Below are positions 46,760 through 56,742 of a DNA stretch of 64,000 bases, piece after piece. The DNA comes from Candidatus Parcubacteria bacterium. Its GTDB lineage: Bacteria > Patescibacteriota > Minisyncoccia > Minisyncoccales > JAGMDC01. The first letter of the stretch is position 1. Every line of letters begins with the position of its first letter. The notes under the pieces are model-generated. The model had not been told where the DNA came from and did not search any database. It saw only the letters and a program-made list of their open reading frames with translations. The stretch covers positions 2,254 to 66,253 of the forward strand of contig JAGMDC010000003.1 in assembly GCA_023128895.1 (NCBI GenBank), given 5' to 3'. The position numbers were made by a program, and so were the translations under genes.

Positions 46760-47941
46760 TCAAACTTTGCTATATTTGAAAATCGTTGACATTAAATCCT
46801 GCTGCTTGATTTTGCCTAATTTTCCTTTTCTGCATAATTTTTCAGAAAACTTATTAACCGCGTCTTCACCGTTTCCATAAACCAAAATCGGAATTGGCTC
46901 AAGGCAATGTTCTTTGGTGTCGCAGCAAGTTGAATGGTCTGCAGTAATCACTATCAGGCAATTCTTTATTCTTGCCAAAAGTTTTATGTTCTTGTCAATT
47001 TTCTCAATAAATTTTTTCTTCCCCGCAAAATCCCCGTCGTGGGAAAATGTGTCTGTCGCTTTAATATGCAAAAACACAAAATCGTATTTTTTCAGCGTTT
47101 TTATCGCTGTCAAAACCTTTGATTTCAAATTCGTGTCTGCCAATCCTGTCGCGCCTTTGGCTTTTATCAATTTCATCCCGATTATTTTCGCGACTCCTTT
47201 ATACAGTTCCCCGCCAGCCACGCTTGCGGAACGCAAACCATATTTCTGTTTAAAACTCGGTGTTTTCTCAAACTCCCCAGCGCCCCTTACTAATAAATAA
47301 TTTGCCGGCTTCTTTCTTTTCTTATTCGCGCGATGGTCTTTCAAAATTTGATAAGCGCGCTCTAAATATTCATTTAAAATTTCTGCTGTAAATTTTGCTT
47401 GTTTTGATTTGTCTAATGCGACAATTTCTTTTGGTTTTATTCCTGTTTTATGCAAATCATTATCGCTTATCTTTGAAGACAATCCCTTGCCTCTCATCAC
47501 TAATACCGCGCGATGTCCATACGATTTCTTTATTATAAACTTAACGCCTTTAATAGTTATGCCTGAAAGCGCTTTTATCAACAACGCGGTATTTTCTATT
47601 CTGCCTGCCCGACGGTCAACAATTTTTAATTTTTCATCTACTGTAGCAAAATTTACTCTTAGCGCGATATCTCCTTTGTTTAATTTTATGCCAGCGCCAA
47701 TTGCTTCATAGGGACCCCGCCCTAAAAAATAATCCTTGTATCCAAACAAGGCAATATGCGCTCCTTCTGAAGTCGGCAACTTTTCTTTTGGAAATAGATA
47801 TGGGATTATTAAACCGCAAATCCCCTGTTCCGTTAGAAAATCCATATTTGGCGTTGCAGCGGCTTCCAGCGGCGTTTTGCCTCTAAATTCCGCAATAGGC
47901 CTGTCCCCTAATCCATCAAGAATAATAAAAATCGTTTTCAT
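46760..47941 (-). CDS. apgM: cofactor-independent phosphoglycerate mutase, archaeal type
   Basis: IFIILDGLGDRP N-terminus, ...ITADHS..., and about 390 aa, typical of ApgM. Confidence 0.8.
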   Translation of the reverse strand: MKTIFIILDGLGDRPIAEFRGKTPLEAAATPNMDFLTEQGICGLIIPYLFPKEKLPTSEGAHIALFGYKDYFLGRGPYEAIGAGIKLNKGDIALRVNFATVDEKLKIVDRRAGRIENTALLIKALSGITIKGVKFIIKKSYGHRAVLVMRGKGLSSKISDNDLHKTGIKPKEIVALDKSKQAKFTAEILNEYLERAYQILKDHRANKKRKKPANYLLVRGAGEFEKTPSFKQKYGLRSASVAGGELYKGVAKIIGMKLIKAKGATGLADTNLKSKVLTAIKTLKKYDFVFLHIKATDTFSHDGDFAGKKKFIEKIDKNIKLLARIKNCLIVITADHSTCCDTKEHCLEPIPILVYGNGEDAVNKFSEKLCRKGKLGKIKQQDLMSTIFKYSKV

Positions 47942-48462
47942 TGAATTTCCAACAACTCCACTTCAAAGATGAGTGTGGCGTTTGGCGGTATGACGCCGTT
48001 ACCCGCGCCTGTCTTGCCATATCCCAATTCCGCTGGTATCACGAGCCGGCGTTGTCCCCCTATCTTCATCCCAAGCACTCCTAAATCCCATCCTTTAATC
48101 ACTTGTCCCGCGCCCAATATAAAACTAAAGGGCTTGCCTCTGTCCAAACTGGAATCAAACTTTGTTCCGTCTGTTAAAACTCCTGTATAATGCACGCTCA
48201 CTGTATCGTTGTTTTTACATTCCTCACCAGTCCCCTCTTTTAATGTTTCTATTTTCAATTCCTCGTCTTTCGGCTGGTTTATTTTCTGTGCCTCAAATTC
48301 ATTATTATTTATATCCATAGTTTCTTCTTTGTTATTACTATTTTGATTCAATGCTTCATCCATTGGTTCCGGCGTTTTTTCATCGCTAAAACCCTTGGAC
48401 AAATAGTAAAAACCAAAACAAATAATTAAACAAAATATAACTGGTAAAATAATTTTATTCAT
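47938..48462 (-). CDS. FKBP-type peptidyl-prolyl cis-trans isomerase, membrane-anchored
   Basis: VHYTGVLTDGTKFDSS and GWDLGVLGMKIGGQRRLVIP. Confidence 0.85.
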   Translation of the reverse strand: MNKIILPVIFCLIICFGFYYLSKGFSDEKTPEPMDEALNQNSNNKEETMDINNNEFEAQKINQPKDEELKIETLKEGTGEECKNNDTVSVHYTGVLTDGTKFDSSLDRGKPFSFILGAGQVIKGWDLGVLGMKIGGQRRLVIPAELGYGKTGAGNGVIPPNATLIFEVELLEIQ

Positions 48463-49136
48463 AGTAACTCTATATGATTAATCACTAACCCAAATTTATA
48501 GCCAAGGAATTCCGCTGCTTGCCGGCAGTAAACCATTCTGTCAGTGAAAATCTCGAAATACTGCATTATTGGAACAACTTTTTTGTCGATTTTTAACACC
48601 AAAGTTATTCTCTTCTTTCGCTTGTCAATTTTAACTCTACTGAAAGTGGCTCCATAATTAACCCTGCTGTGAATGTCTGCGTGTATTCCAGCCATTGAAT
48701 TTTTCCTCACCCTGGTGCGATGGACATCCGACTTGTCGGCAAGCACAACTACCGCGGACACAGGATTAGAAAATTTCATCTCGCTTTGCTTGTCGTGATT
48801 GGCTATCGCCTGCATAATTATGCTTAATTCTTCTGGGTTTTCGTTGATAAAAATTTGATGAAACAGCAGCGCGCCCCAATAGTGATGCTGTGTCCTGCCC
48901 AAAAAATTGCCCATATCATGGCAAAATCCGGCTATGGCGCAGATTTCCTGTTCTCTGTCTGTTAAACCAATCTCCCGAGCAATAGTCCGCGCCCTGTCTG
49001 CCACAAGATTGGAATGCCTTAGACCATGCTCGCTGTATTCCAGAACTCCGAGCGTTATCTCTGTCTGCCGGATAAATTCCAATACCTGCGGATCTTTTTT
49101 AATTTGATTTAATGTGAACATATTTTCATTATACAC
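48459..49136 (-). CDS. HD-domain phosphohydrolase
   Basis: HGLRHS ... GFCHDMGN (H...HD signature). Confidence 0.65.
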   Translation of the reverse strand: MYNENMFTLNQIKKDPQVLEFIRQTEITLGVLEYSEHGLRHSNLVADRARTIAREIGLTDREQEICAIAGFCHDMGNFLGRTQHHYWGALLFHQIFINENPEELSIIMQAIANHDKQSEMKFSNPVSAVVVLADKSDVHRTRVRKNSMAGIHADIHSRVNYGATFSRVKIDKRKKRITLVLKIDKKVVPIMQYFEIFTDRMVYCRQAAEFLGYKFGLVINHIELL

Positions 49137-50093
49137 TTATTTGCTCAAAATTTCAATTAACACAAAAAGCGCGTAAATTCCCAATAAAAACATGGCTTCT
49201 TTTTTAGTGATTTTGCGATCTGTCCTCATAAAAAAGAAAAAGAACAAAGCGGAAATTATCAGAAAAAATCTGCCAATTGCAAAAGGGGAAAAATCCTGAA
49301 TTTGAATAGGGCAAATTATTGCCACACTTCCCAGAACTAAAGTTGCGGGTACAACAACAGAACCCATTAAATTGCCTAAAACCAGAGCAGACCTTCCCTG
49401 CCTCGCGGATATAACGGCAAAATATATTTCAGGCAAGGCGTTGCCAATAGCAATAATCAAAATCCCGATAAGCACTAAAGACAAATTCAAAGCATCGGCA
49501 AACCAGAGAGCGGAAAATATCATTCCCTGCGCCGCTAATATTAAAAAAGTTATTCCCAAAATTACCATCCCAATATTTTTTACAAACTCCGTAAAATCTT
49601 TAACCGTAATTTCGTCGTCTTTTTCATAAATTTTTGAGAATCTTTCTTCTTTGGAAAACAGCCAAAAAATATAAAAAACAAACATAAAAATCAAAATTAT
49701 TCCGTCTCCTCTGCCCAAAGTCCCGTCTAAAATCAGAAATAAAGGCAGAATAGCGACAACGATAGTGAACAACGACGACGCCTGAATTGTTTTTCCATCT
49801 GCTGGAAGCCCTCTAATAACCAATGCCGCTAATGCCACAGCAACAGTCAAATCAATCATATTTCCGCCTATTACGTCGCCGAAAGAAAGCAAAGGGACTT
49901 TATGCACAGCAGACGTAATACCAAAGAAAAAATTCGGAATTGCGCCAGCCAGGGCGATAGTAAAGAAAGCCACAACAAATTCTTTCCACTCCAAAAAACG
50001 AGCCATTCCCATTAAGCCCCTGATAAGCCATCTTCCGGAACAGAAAATCATCAAGCAAGAAATTATAAAAATTAAAATATAAAACCAAACCAT
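49137..50093 (-). CDS. Ca2+/cation antiporter (CaCA / YrbG-like)
   Basis: Alpha-repeat motifs GDVIGGNMIDL and GNALPE. Polytopic. The ATG at 50093 is preferred over the track start at 50135. Confidence 0.75.
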   Translation of the reverse strand: MVWFYILIFIISCLMIFCSGRWLIRGLMGMARFLEWKEFVVAFFTIALAGAIPNFFFGITSAVHKVPLLSFGDVIGGNMIDLTVAVALAALVIRGLPADGKTIQASSLFTIVVAILPLFLILDGTLGRGDGIILIFMFVFYIFWLFSKEERFSKIYEKDDEITVKDFTEFVKNIGMVILGITFLILAAQGMIFSALWFADALNLSLVLIGILIIAIGNALPEIYFAVISARQGRSALVLGNLMGSVVVPATLVLGSVAIICPIQIQDFSPFAIGRFFLIISALFFFFFMRTDRKITKKEAMFLLGIYALFVLIEILSK

Positions 50094-50097
50094 AATG

Positions 50098-51090
50098 TTA
50101 TAAACTTCTAACAAATTTTGACAATTCCGCAACATTTTCGCCTAATTGCGCTAATTTTTTAAAAGTTCCTTTGCCAAAAGTTTTATTTACTAACTTTCCC
50201 CAATTTAACTTTCCCGTAAGCATGGATTTAACAAACAAATCAAAAATTTTTTCTTCATCTCTAAATTCATTTTTATTTTTAGAATATAATTTTTCAATTA
50301 AAATATCCAAAATTTTTCTTTCTTTTCTGAAAGTGAAACCATGTATAACTGTTTTATATTCTTTTTCGCCAGATAGCGTTAAAATACTATTTGTTTTGAT
50401 AGAAAATATATTATCTACATCTTTATTTTTAAATTCTTCAAAAAGACTTTCTTTTGCTTTTTTAGTTTCATTTTTTTCTTTCTCAAACGATTCAGGTAAT
50501 TTTTCATTCAAAAATATATCTTCGTAAAATACTTTTTTAGTTAATTTTTCAGTAATAGCCTCATTCAAATTTTTAAAATATTTCTGTTTTGATTTTCTAT
50601 TTATTACAAATGTTCCGACCTGATAAACATCGCACTCCCCCTCCTCATTTTTTTGCAGCGATTGATAAGATTTAAAGTGAATAAATTCGTGTATACATGC
50701 ATTAGTAAATTTTAAAATTGAATCAGTATCCGCTATTGCAACAGCTTGCAAAAATGGTGTAAAGCGCGCAATTTCCTTTTTTTTGTTAAAAAATTTCTTA
50801 TAATCGTTTTCCGCAAAAATATGAACATTATCAGACGAAATATTAAATTCAGGCAAATTATATCTTTCCAACAACCTATTGGTAGCTTCGTTCGCTATTT
50901 GAACCGCCTCAATTTGTTCAGGTGTTTTTTCTATTTCTTTTTCTTGAATTTCTTTTTCAAATTCCTGTTGCTCAAAACGCCTGCTAAGTTCCTCTTTTAT
51001 TTGTTTCTCCTCCTTTACTTCTACGCCTATTATTTTCTTAACGGATTGCGAAGGATATTGCTCAATTTTTGGTGTAAGTTTTTCTCTCAT
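50098..51090 (-). CDS. hypothetical protein with HExxH motif (possible metallopeptidase)
   Basis: ACIHEFIHF. 4-bp overlap with the ATPase gene and a 4-nt gap to the antiporter gene. Confidence 0.4.
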   Translation of the reverse strand: MREKLTPKIEQYPSQSVKKIIGVEVKEEKQIKEELSRRFEQQEFEKEIQEKEIEKTPEQIEAVQIANEATNRLLERYNLPEFNISSDNVHIFAENDYKKFFNKKKEIARFTPFLQAVAIADTDSILKFTNACIHEFIHFKSYQSLQKNEEGECDVYQVGTFVINRKSKQKYFKNLNEAITEKLTKKVFYEDIFLNEKLPESFEKEKNETKKAKESLFEEFKNKDVDNIFSIKTNSILTLSGEKEYKTVIHGFTFRKERKILDILIEKLYSKNKNEFRDEEKIFDLFVKSMLTGKLNWGKLVNKTFGKGTFKKLAQLGENVAELSKFVRSL

Positions 51091-53756
51091 AATTTTTTCT
51101 TTTTAATAAAATGGTATTTTGCCGCTTCAATTAAAATAATTTCAACAAGTCCGAGCGCGATAATAATTGCCCAATCAGAAATTCCTAATGGCACGGTTCT
51201 CAATAAATTTTGCAACGCTGGAACATACAACGCCGCTAAAAGCGCTAAAATACCCGTAATCCACGCAAGAATTAAAAACTTATTGGAAAAAGGGTTTATC
51301 TCCCAAATATTTCTTCGCAAAGACCTGCAGGAAAAAATATAAAAGAGAGAGTCAATACTCAAGGCGGCAAAAATCATTGTCTGGACATATTGAAGATTGT
51401 AATTTGTTTTCAAAAGCCAAAAGAACAAGCATAAAAGTATTAAATCAGTTATGAGCCCTATAACGAAAATAATGACTTTCATTTCTTTCGTTAGAAGCGC
51501 GATGTCTCTTGTCTCCGGTTTTCTTTCCATTAAATCCTTTTCTTTCGGCTCAAAGCACAAAGCAATCCCTGGAAGGCCGTCTTCAATTAAATTCACGTAT
51601 AAAATTTGAACAGCGATTATTGGCAGAGGAAATCCGAAAATAACGCTCACACCAATAAGAATCGTTTCAGTAAAAGAATCAGACAAAAGATAAGTAATCA
51701 CTTTCCTTAAATTATCAATAATCGCCCTCCCCTGCTCAACGGCAGAGACAATTATATTAAAATTATCAGTAAGCAAAATCAAATCTGACACGCCTTTTGC
51801 GACATCTGTCCCAGACCCAAGCGCGACTCCAATATCCGCTTTTTTAAGAGCTGGTGCGTCATTGATGCCGTCTCCTGTCATTGCGACAACTTCTCCCCTG
51901 TCCTGCCACGCCTGAACAATTCTTAATTTATGTTCCGGCTCTACGCGGGCATAAACCTGAATGTCTTTTACTTTTTCTTGAAAATCCTCGTCTGAAAATC
52001 TCTCTAATTCCTTTCCTTCAATAATGTTTTCTTTGCCTGTCTTAAATCCTAATTCCTTGGCAATGGCGCGCGCCGTGAGCAAATGGTCGCCTGTTACTAT
52101 AATCGGCGTCATTCCCGCTTGCCTGCAAACTTGGAGCGCTTCTTTCACTTCTTTTCTCAAAGGGTCTTTCAATCCAAACATTCCCACAAAGACCAAATTT
52201 TTAATTTCTTTGTCAACTTCTATTTTCTCGCTTTTTGTTTTCCTGTATCCTACTGCCACAACTCTCAAACCTTGTGAAGTGAGTCTTTCCAATTCTGCGT
52301 CAAACCATTGTACTTGTTTTTTGCTGATTTTTTTTCTTTTTCCATCTGTCTCAATATAAGAAGAAAGTCCAAATATTTTTTCAGGCGCGCCTGAAATATA
52401 TAATACATTTTCTTTATTATTCTTTCGCAAACCGGCAATAAATTTGTTTCTCGCGTCAAAAGGAATTTCGTCAATTTTTGGAAATTTCTTTTCCATCGCT
52501 TGTTTTTCTATTCCTGCTTCTGCTCCTATAAGCACAAACGCCTTGTCTGTGGGCTTGCCCTGCACGCGCCAAAGAGGATATTGCGTTTCAGGATTTTCCA
52601 CAAACGCCTCACTGCATAACACAGCGATATTCATTGATAAAACTTGCTCTTTATTCGCGTTTTTGGAAAAATCCTCACGCCAATTTTTATCTTCAAAGGA
52701 AAATTGATTTTGCGACGTAATCATACGCGACACGCGCATTTTTCCTTCAGTGAGCGTGAGCGTTTTGTCTGTTGCAATAATAGAAGTGCTTCCCAGGGTT
52801 TCCGCTGAAACCAATTTTCTAACTAATCCTTTCTGTTTCAAAATATTTGTCATTCCCAGCGCCAAAACAACCGTAAGCCCTATGGGCAGGCCCTCGGGAA
52901 TCGCGGCAACCGCTATCGCAACTGCTGTAATAAACATCTCCAGCCATGGCTCGCCATGTATTATGCCTTCTAAGAATATAAACAAACAAAGAATACCGAT
53001 AATAATACTGATTTTCTTGCTGAAATTCCTGATTTTTTTTTGGAGAGGGGTTTTTTCGTCTTCTGTCTCTTTTACTAAAACAGCGATTCTTCCTATTTCA
53101 GTATTTTTTCCAGTTGCTATAACAACCGCTTTTCCAACCCCTGTTTCCACCGCGCAACCCATATAAGCCATATTGTCCCTGTCAGCCAAAGGAGTATCTT
53201 TTGGCAAATTTTCAGTATTTTTTTCCGCGAGACGGCTTTCCCCTGTAAGCGGCGCTTCATTGATTTTCAAATTATGTGTTTCTATTAAACGGCTGTCAGC
53301 CGGAACATTATCCCCTGCGCATAACATTATTATATCCCCTGGAACTAATTCTTCCGCGTCAATTTTAATTTCATTGCCCTCTCTTATCACTTTCGCGTCC
53401 ATCTTAACTATTTTTTTTAATTCCCTTAACGCGTGAACAGCCTTCTTCTCCTGAAAAAAACCAATAAAAGTGTTTAATACCACTGCCGCGAAAATAACTA
53501 CTGAATCAGCATATAAATGGAAAAATAAAGTTATTGTTCCGGCAATAACTAAAATATAAACCAAAGGGCTCTTGAACTGGTCTAAAAATATTTTTAATTT
53601 TGACAATGGCGCTTTTTCCGGCAGTTTATTTTCGCCCCATTTTCCGCGAAGTTCAATCACTTTGTCCAAAAACAACCCATTGTCTAAATGGGTCTCTAAA
53701 TTTTCTATTACTTTTCTTACGGAAAGATTATGCCAAAGATTATATCTTTGCGCCAT
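51087..53756 (-). CDS. P-type cation-transporting ATPase, type II (Ca2+-ATPase-like)
   Basis: TGES, a phosphorylation-site region reading DKTLTLT, TGDH and GDGINDAPALKKADIG, plus 10 TM segments. Confidence 0.9.
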   Translation of the reverse strand: MAQRYNLWHNLSVRKVIENLETHLDNGLFLDKVIELRGKWGENKLPEKAPLSKLKIFLDQFKSPLVYILVIAGTITLFFHLYADSVVIFAAVVLNTFIGFFQEKKAVHALRELKKIVKMDAKVIREGNEIKIDAEELVPGDIIMLCAGDNVPADSRLIETHNLKINEAPLTGESRLAEKNTENLPKDTPLADRDNMAYMGCAVETGVGKAVVIATGKNTEIGRIAVLVKETEDEKTPLQKKIRNFSKKISIIIGILCLFIFLEGIIHGEPWLEMFITAVAIAVAAIPEGLPIGLTVVLALGMTNILKQKGLVRKLVSAETLGSTSIIATDKTLTLTEGKMRVSRMITSQNQFSFEDKNWREDFSKNANKEQVLSMNIAVLCSEAFVENPETQYPLWRVQGKPTDKAFVLIGAEAGIEKQAMEKKFPKIDEIPFDARNKFIAGLRKNNKENVLYISGAPEKIFGLSSYIETDGKRKKISKKQVQWFDAELERLTSQGLRVVAVGYRKTKSEKIEVDKEIKNLVFVGMFGLKDPLRKEVKEALQVCRQAGMTPIIVTGDHLLTARAIAKELGFKTGKENIIEGKELERFSDEDFQEKVKDIQVYARVEPEHKLRIVQAWQDRGEVVAMTGDGINDAPALKKADIGVALGSGTDVAKGVSDLILLTDNFNIIVSAVEQGRAIIDNLRKVITYLLSDSFTETILIGVSVIFGFPLPIIAVQILYVNLIEDGLPGIALCFEPKEKDLMERKPETRDIALLTKEMKVIIFVIGLITDLILLCLFFWLLKTNYNLQYVQTMIFAALSIDSLFYIFSCRSLRRNIWEINPFSNKFLILAWITGILALLAALYVPALQNLLRTVPLGISDWAIIIALGLVEIILIEAAKYHFIKKKKL

Positions 53757-53785
53757 TGTTATATTCTACTCATCAAGAGCGATTA

Positions 53786-53827
53786 GGGCAAGCCCCCACA
53801 CCTATGTATATGTGTGGGGGCTTGCCC
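53786..53827. other. 16-bp perfect GC-rich hairpin between a small ORF and the ATPase start
   Basis: gggcaagcccccacac (53786..53801) pairs with gtgtgggggcttgccc (53812..53827). An A9 run follows on the plus strand. Confidence 0.7.
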
Positions 53828-53858
53828 AAAAAAAAATCGGAAGATAAATCTTCCATCT

Positions 53859-54008
53859 TTATATTCCTACAAATCCTCTTATCAAAAAACCCGCGAATAA
53901 TCCTACTATGCCGAAAAGAATGCCTCCGATAATAAAAGCATTTCTTTCGTAATTTCGGATTTTGTCCCATTTCTCATCTATTCCACACGTCTCATTTGGC
54001 TTATGCAT
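53859..54008 (-). CDS. 49-aa small membrane protein (not in the ORF track)
   Basis: Hand translation: MHKPNETCGIDEKWDKIRNYERNAFIIGGILFGIVGLFAGFLIRGFVGI. A strong SD (aaggagggagg) lies upstream of the ATG at 54008. Confidence 0.45.
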   Translation of the reverse strand: MHKPNETCGIDEKWDKIRNYERNAFIIGGILFGIVGLFAGFLIRGFVGI

Positions 54009-54090
54009 TTTTCCTCCCTCCTTTATTGTTCTATTATACTCTATTATGTTCTATTTACTTTATTATATTCTTACTCCAAATCAAAAAAAT

Positions 54091-54130
54091 GTCAAAAAAA
54101 TTATATTTACAGGGGTCTGACCCCTGTAAA
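54091..54130 (-). terminator. intrinsic terminator downstream of res
   Basis: A 10-bp stem, tttacagggg/cccctgtaaa, with loop tctga. On the minus strand it is followed by tataattttttt. Confidence 0.55.
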
Positions 54131-54153
54131 TTTTATGTTCTCCGTAGTTAATT

Positions 54154-56733
54154 TTATTTAATATTTAAAGTTTCAAACATCTTCTCTTCGAATTTATTTT
54201 CATCCTCGCTCTGATAAAACGGCACACCTACAATTTTATACTTCTGCGATTTCGAAAATTCTAAAACTCTGTCTTTAAATTTATCTTTAATTTCTTCTAA
54301 AAATTTACTCTTCCATTTCTCTCCTTCAGCTAAATATTTTCCTTTCGGTTCTAGAAATAATTGATAAGTAATACTTCTACCAATTTTATCAACTAAAAAC
54401 AAAAGGTAATCCGGTTCAAACGCTTGGCCGTCACTAAAATTATAAATTTTCAGCTGTCTTTCATTACGAACTAAGTAAATCTTTTTAAAATTCTTTCTTA
54501 ATTCGTTTATCTGCCGGTCAATCAATTTAACAAATGTTTTTTCTTCACTTGTGCCATAATTAGCATTAAACACATACCATTCTTTATCTTCTAAAAATTC
54601 AATCTGGCCATCTTCTCTTTCGCTACGCATTTTGACTTTTATTTTCTTATCATTAAATTTATCTTTAATCAGATATGGCATAAATTCTTGACTACCGCTA
54701 TATTCAGTCAAATTTTCTTTAATTTGTTTTTCTATTTCGCCAAGAAGTTTTAAAACTGCCCGAAATTTATCTTCATTAGTTATAGTCGGAGTATATTTTT
54801 CTACCTGAAAATTGATTTTAAAACCAGCTAAATATTTTCCCTTTTCAACAAACTCGCTCGCAGAATCTATTTCCGGAACATATTTTTTTAAAGAACCAAA
54901 ATCGAAAAAATCATTCTTTGCCAAAGCGTTTCTAATAATGTGATAATCTATTTCCTTGAGGCTAATTTCCTTTCCTGTCCTTTTCACGCCTTCGCGTATT
55001 AAATCTTCGTCTTCCTTAAACACTGTTGTCTGTTTGCCTTCTCCGGATAATACCTTAAAGTCAATGCTTTTATTTCTTACCCCCAAATCATCAATCGATT
55101 TTACCTTATCAAAACTTATTGGTCTTTTTTCATTGGCATAAACTAATCCAAATTTATAAAAATTTGTTTTCTTAAATTCCTCTTTCAATTTCAACTCAAC
55201 CTCTACCTCATTTTCGTCAATCATTCCCTTTTCAATTAGAGCAATTTTTATCTCTGAAATATATCTTGATTCGTTATGGCTATGATAATGTAATTCTTCC
55301 AAAACACGGAGTTCATTATCTAAATTTTTATCATATTTCCTCTTAAACTTATCGTCAACTTCGCTCAACTTAAACGGAAAATAACGAGCGCCCCTGCCAA
55401 TTAACTGAGCTTCGGAAATAGTGGTTTTGCCAGGTCGGTTATTCCTGCCGTCTCTGGTTTCGTATAGTCGGACAATATCAAATAAATTCAAAACGTCCCA
55501 ACCCTCGTTTAGTTTCTGAACCGCAAAAATAGCCCGAATTTGATTATTTTTATCTTCAAGAGAGTTCAAAAGCAATTGATGTTTTTCTTTTTCCTGTTCT
55601 TCATTTACGCTTAAAGTTTTACTCTTGGCAAAACTATTTTTTAGTTTTTTAACTAAAATAGCATTGGTAATTTTATTGCTTTTAAAAAACTCAAACGCTT
55701 TTTGTAAAATTTCAATATTAGTTCTTTTTTTAATATTTTCAATATCCTTAATAGATAAATTATCAATTATTTTGTGAAACAATTTTTTATTACTTTCTGA
55801 TTGAGCAATTGTTTGTTGCGCCTTGAATAAAATTACCGGCTTTAAATTAATTCCGTGTTTGCCGGCTACCTCTTGTCGATATTGGCTTAAAATTATTGCC
55901 TGAATTATTCTCTCTCCCCTATCCGTATCTGTATGCAGTAATTCAACATCTTTTGAATAACCGTCGTTTCTAAATTCTTTTAATTCGTATTTGTAAATAA
56001 TTTTATTCCTATATTTATCAACTATATTTATGTCCGTCAAATCCATTGTCGCGGTAAACTCTAGTAATATATTTTCATTGTCTTGTTTAAATATTTTCTC
56101 AACCGTATTTTCCCAATTCGGCTTTTCAATCATTTCTTTTTGTGTATTTTTTGTCTGCACTTGTCCGTGATGCGCCTCGTCTGAAATTAAAACAATTTTT
56201 TTATCTTTAAAATCTTCCAAAGTCAAAGAGTTTTCTTTTTCATTATGCAAATCGCTATGTAATTTCTGAATAGTGGTAAAACAAATATTAATATCTCTAT
56301 CGCTTATACCGTCAAAATTTTCTACCTGTTTAATTTGCGTTTGTTTATTTTCAAAAAATATTTTTTGATTAAATAAATATTTGCTGGATAAATTATTCAG
56401 AAAGTTATCTTTGGTTTTTTCAATAATATTAGTGGAATTAACGAAAAATAAAAAATTTCTATATCCTCGCTCGTATAAATACAAAATCAATCCAGCCATA
56501 ATTAAAGTTTTGCCCGAGCCGGTAGCCATATTAAAAAGGAAGTGTAAAGGATATTCTTTATTCTCAAAATCGCGATTATAACAATGAAAAAAGCGCGCAA
56601 ACGCCTCTTTTTGATATTCGCGCAACTCAAAATTAGGATTTAGATTTTCCGACAAAAAACTCGGAATTTCTTTCGGCAATAATCCCATCTTTGACACACT
56701 ATTCAATTGCTCATATAAAAATTCTTGAGGCAT
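54154..56733 (-). CDS. res: Type III restriction endonuclease Res subunit
   Basis: SF2 helicase motifs MATGSGKT and SDEAHH. C-terminal PD-(D/E)xK endonuclease motif EPDYLLF ... LEPKG. Confidence 0.9.
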   Translation of the reverse strand: MPQEFLYEQLNSVSKMGLLPKEIPSFLSENLNPNFELREYQKEAFARFFHCYNRDFENKEYPLHFLFNMATGSGKTLIMAGLILYLYERGYRNFLFFVNSTNIIEKTKDNFLNNLSSKYLFNQKIFFENKQTQIKQVENFDGISDRDINICFTTIQKLHSDLHNEKENSLTLEDFKDKKIVLISDEAHHGQVQTKNTQKEMIEKPNWENTVEKIFKQDNENILLEFTATMDLTDINIVDKYRNKIIYKYELKEFRNDGYSKDVELLHTDTDRGERIIQAIILSQYRQEVAGKHGINLKPVILFKAQQTIAQSESNKKLFHKIIDNLSIKDIENIKKRTNIEILQKAFEFFKSNKITNAILVKKLKNSFAKSKTLSVNEEQEKEKHQLLLNSLEDKNNQIRAIFAVQKLNEGWDVLNLFDIVRLYETRDGRNNRPGKTTISEAQLIGRGARYFPFKLSEVDDKFKRKYDKNLDNELRVLEELHYHSHNESRYISEIKIALIEKGMIDENEVEVELKLKEEFKKTNFYKFGLVYANEKRPISFDKVKSIDDLGVRNKSIDFKVLSGEGKQTTVFKEDEDLIREGVKRTGKEISLKEIDYHIIRNALAKNDFFDFGSLKKYVPEIDSASEFVEKGKYLAGFKINFQVEKYTPTITNEDKFRAVLKLLGEIEKQIKENLTEYSGSQEFMPYLIKDKFNDKKIKVKMRSEREDGQIEFLEDKEWYVFNANYGTSEEKTFVKLIDRQINELRKNFKKIYLVRNERQLKIYNFSDGQAFEPDYLLFLVDKIGRSITYQLFLEPKGKYLAEGEKWKSKFLEEIKDKFKDRVLEFSKSQKYKIVGVPFYQSEDENKFEEKMFETLNIK

Positions 56734-56742
56734 ATTTTATTT

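Noticed and set aside
53773-53970. A 65-aa minus-strand track ORF.
   Set aside because: A different frame (53859..54008) has a strong Shine-Dalgarno sequence and encodes a plausible TM helix. The track ORF runs through the GC hairpin and looks non-coding.
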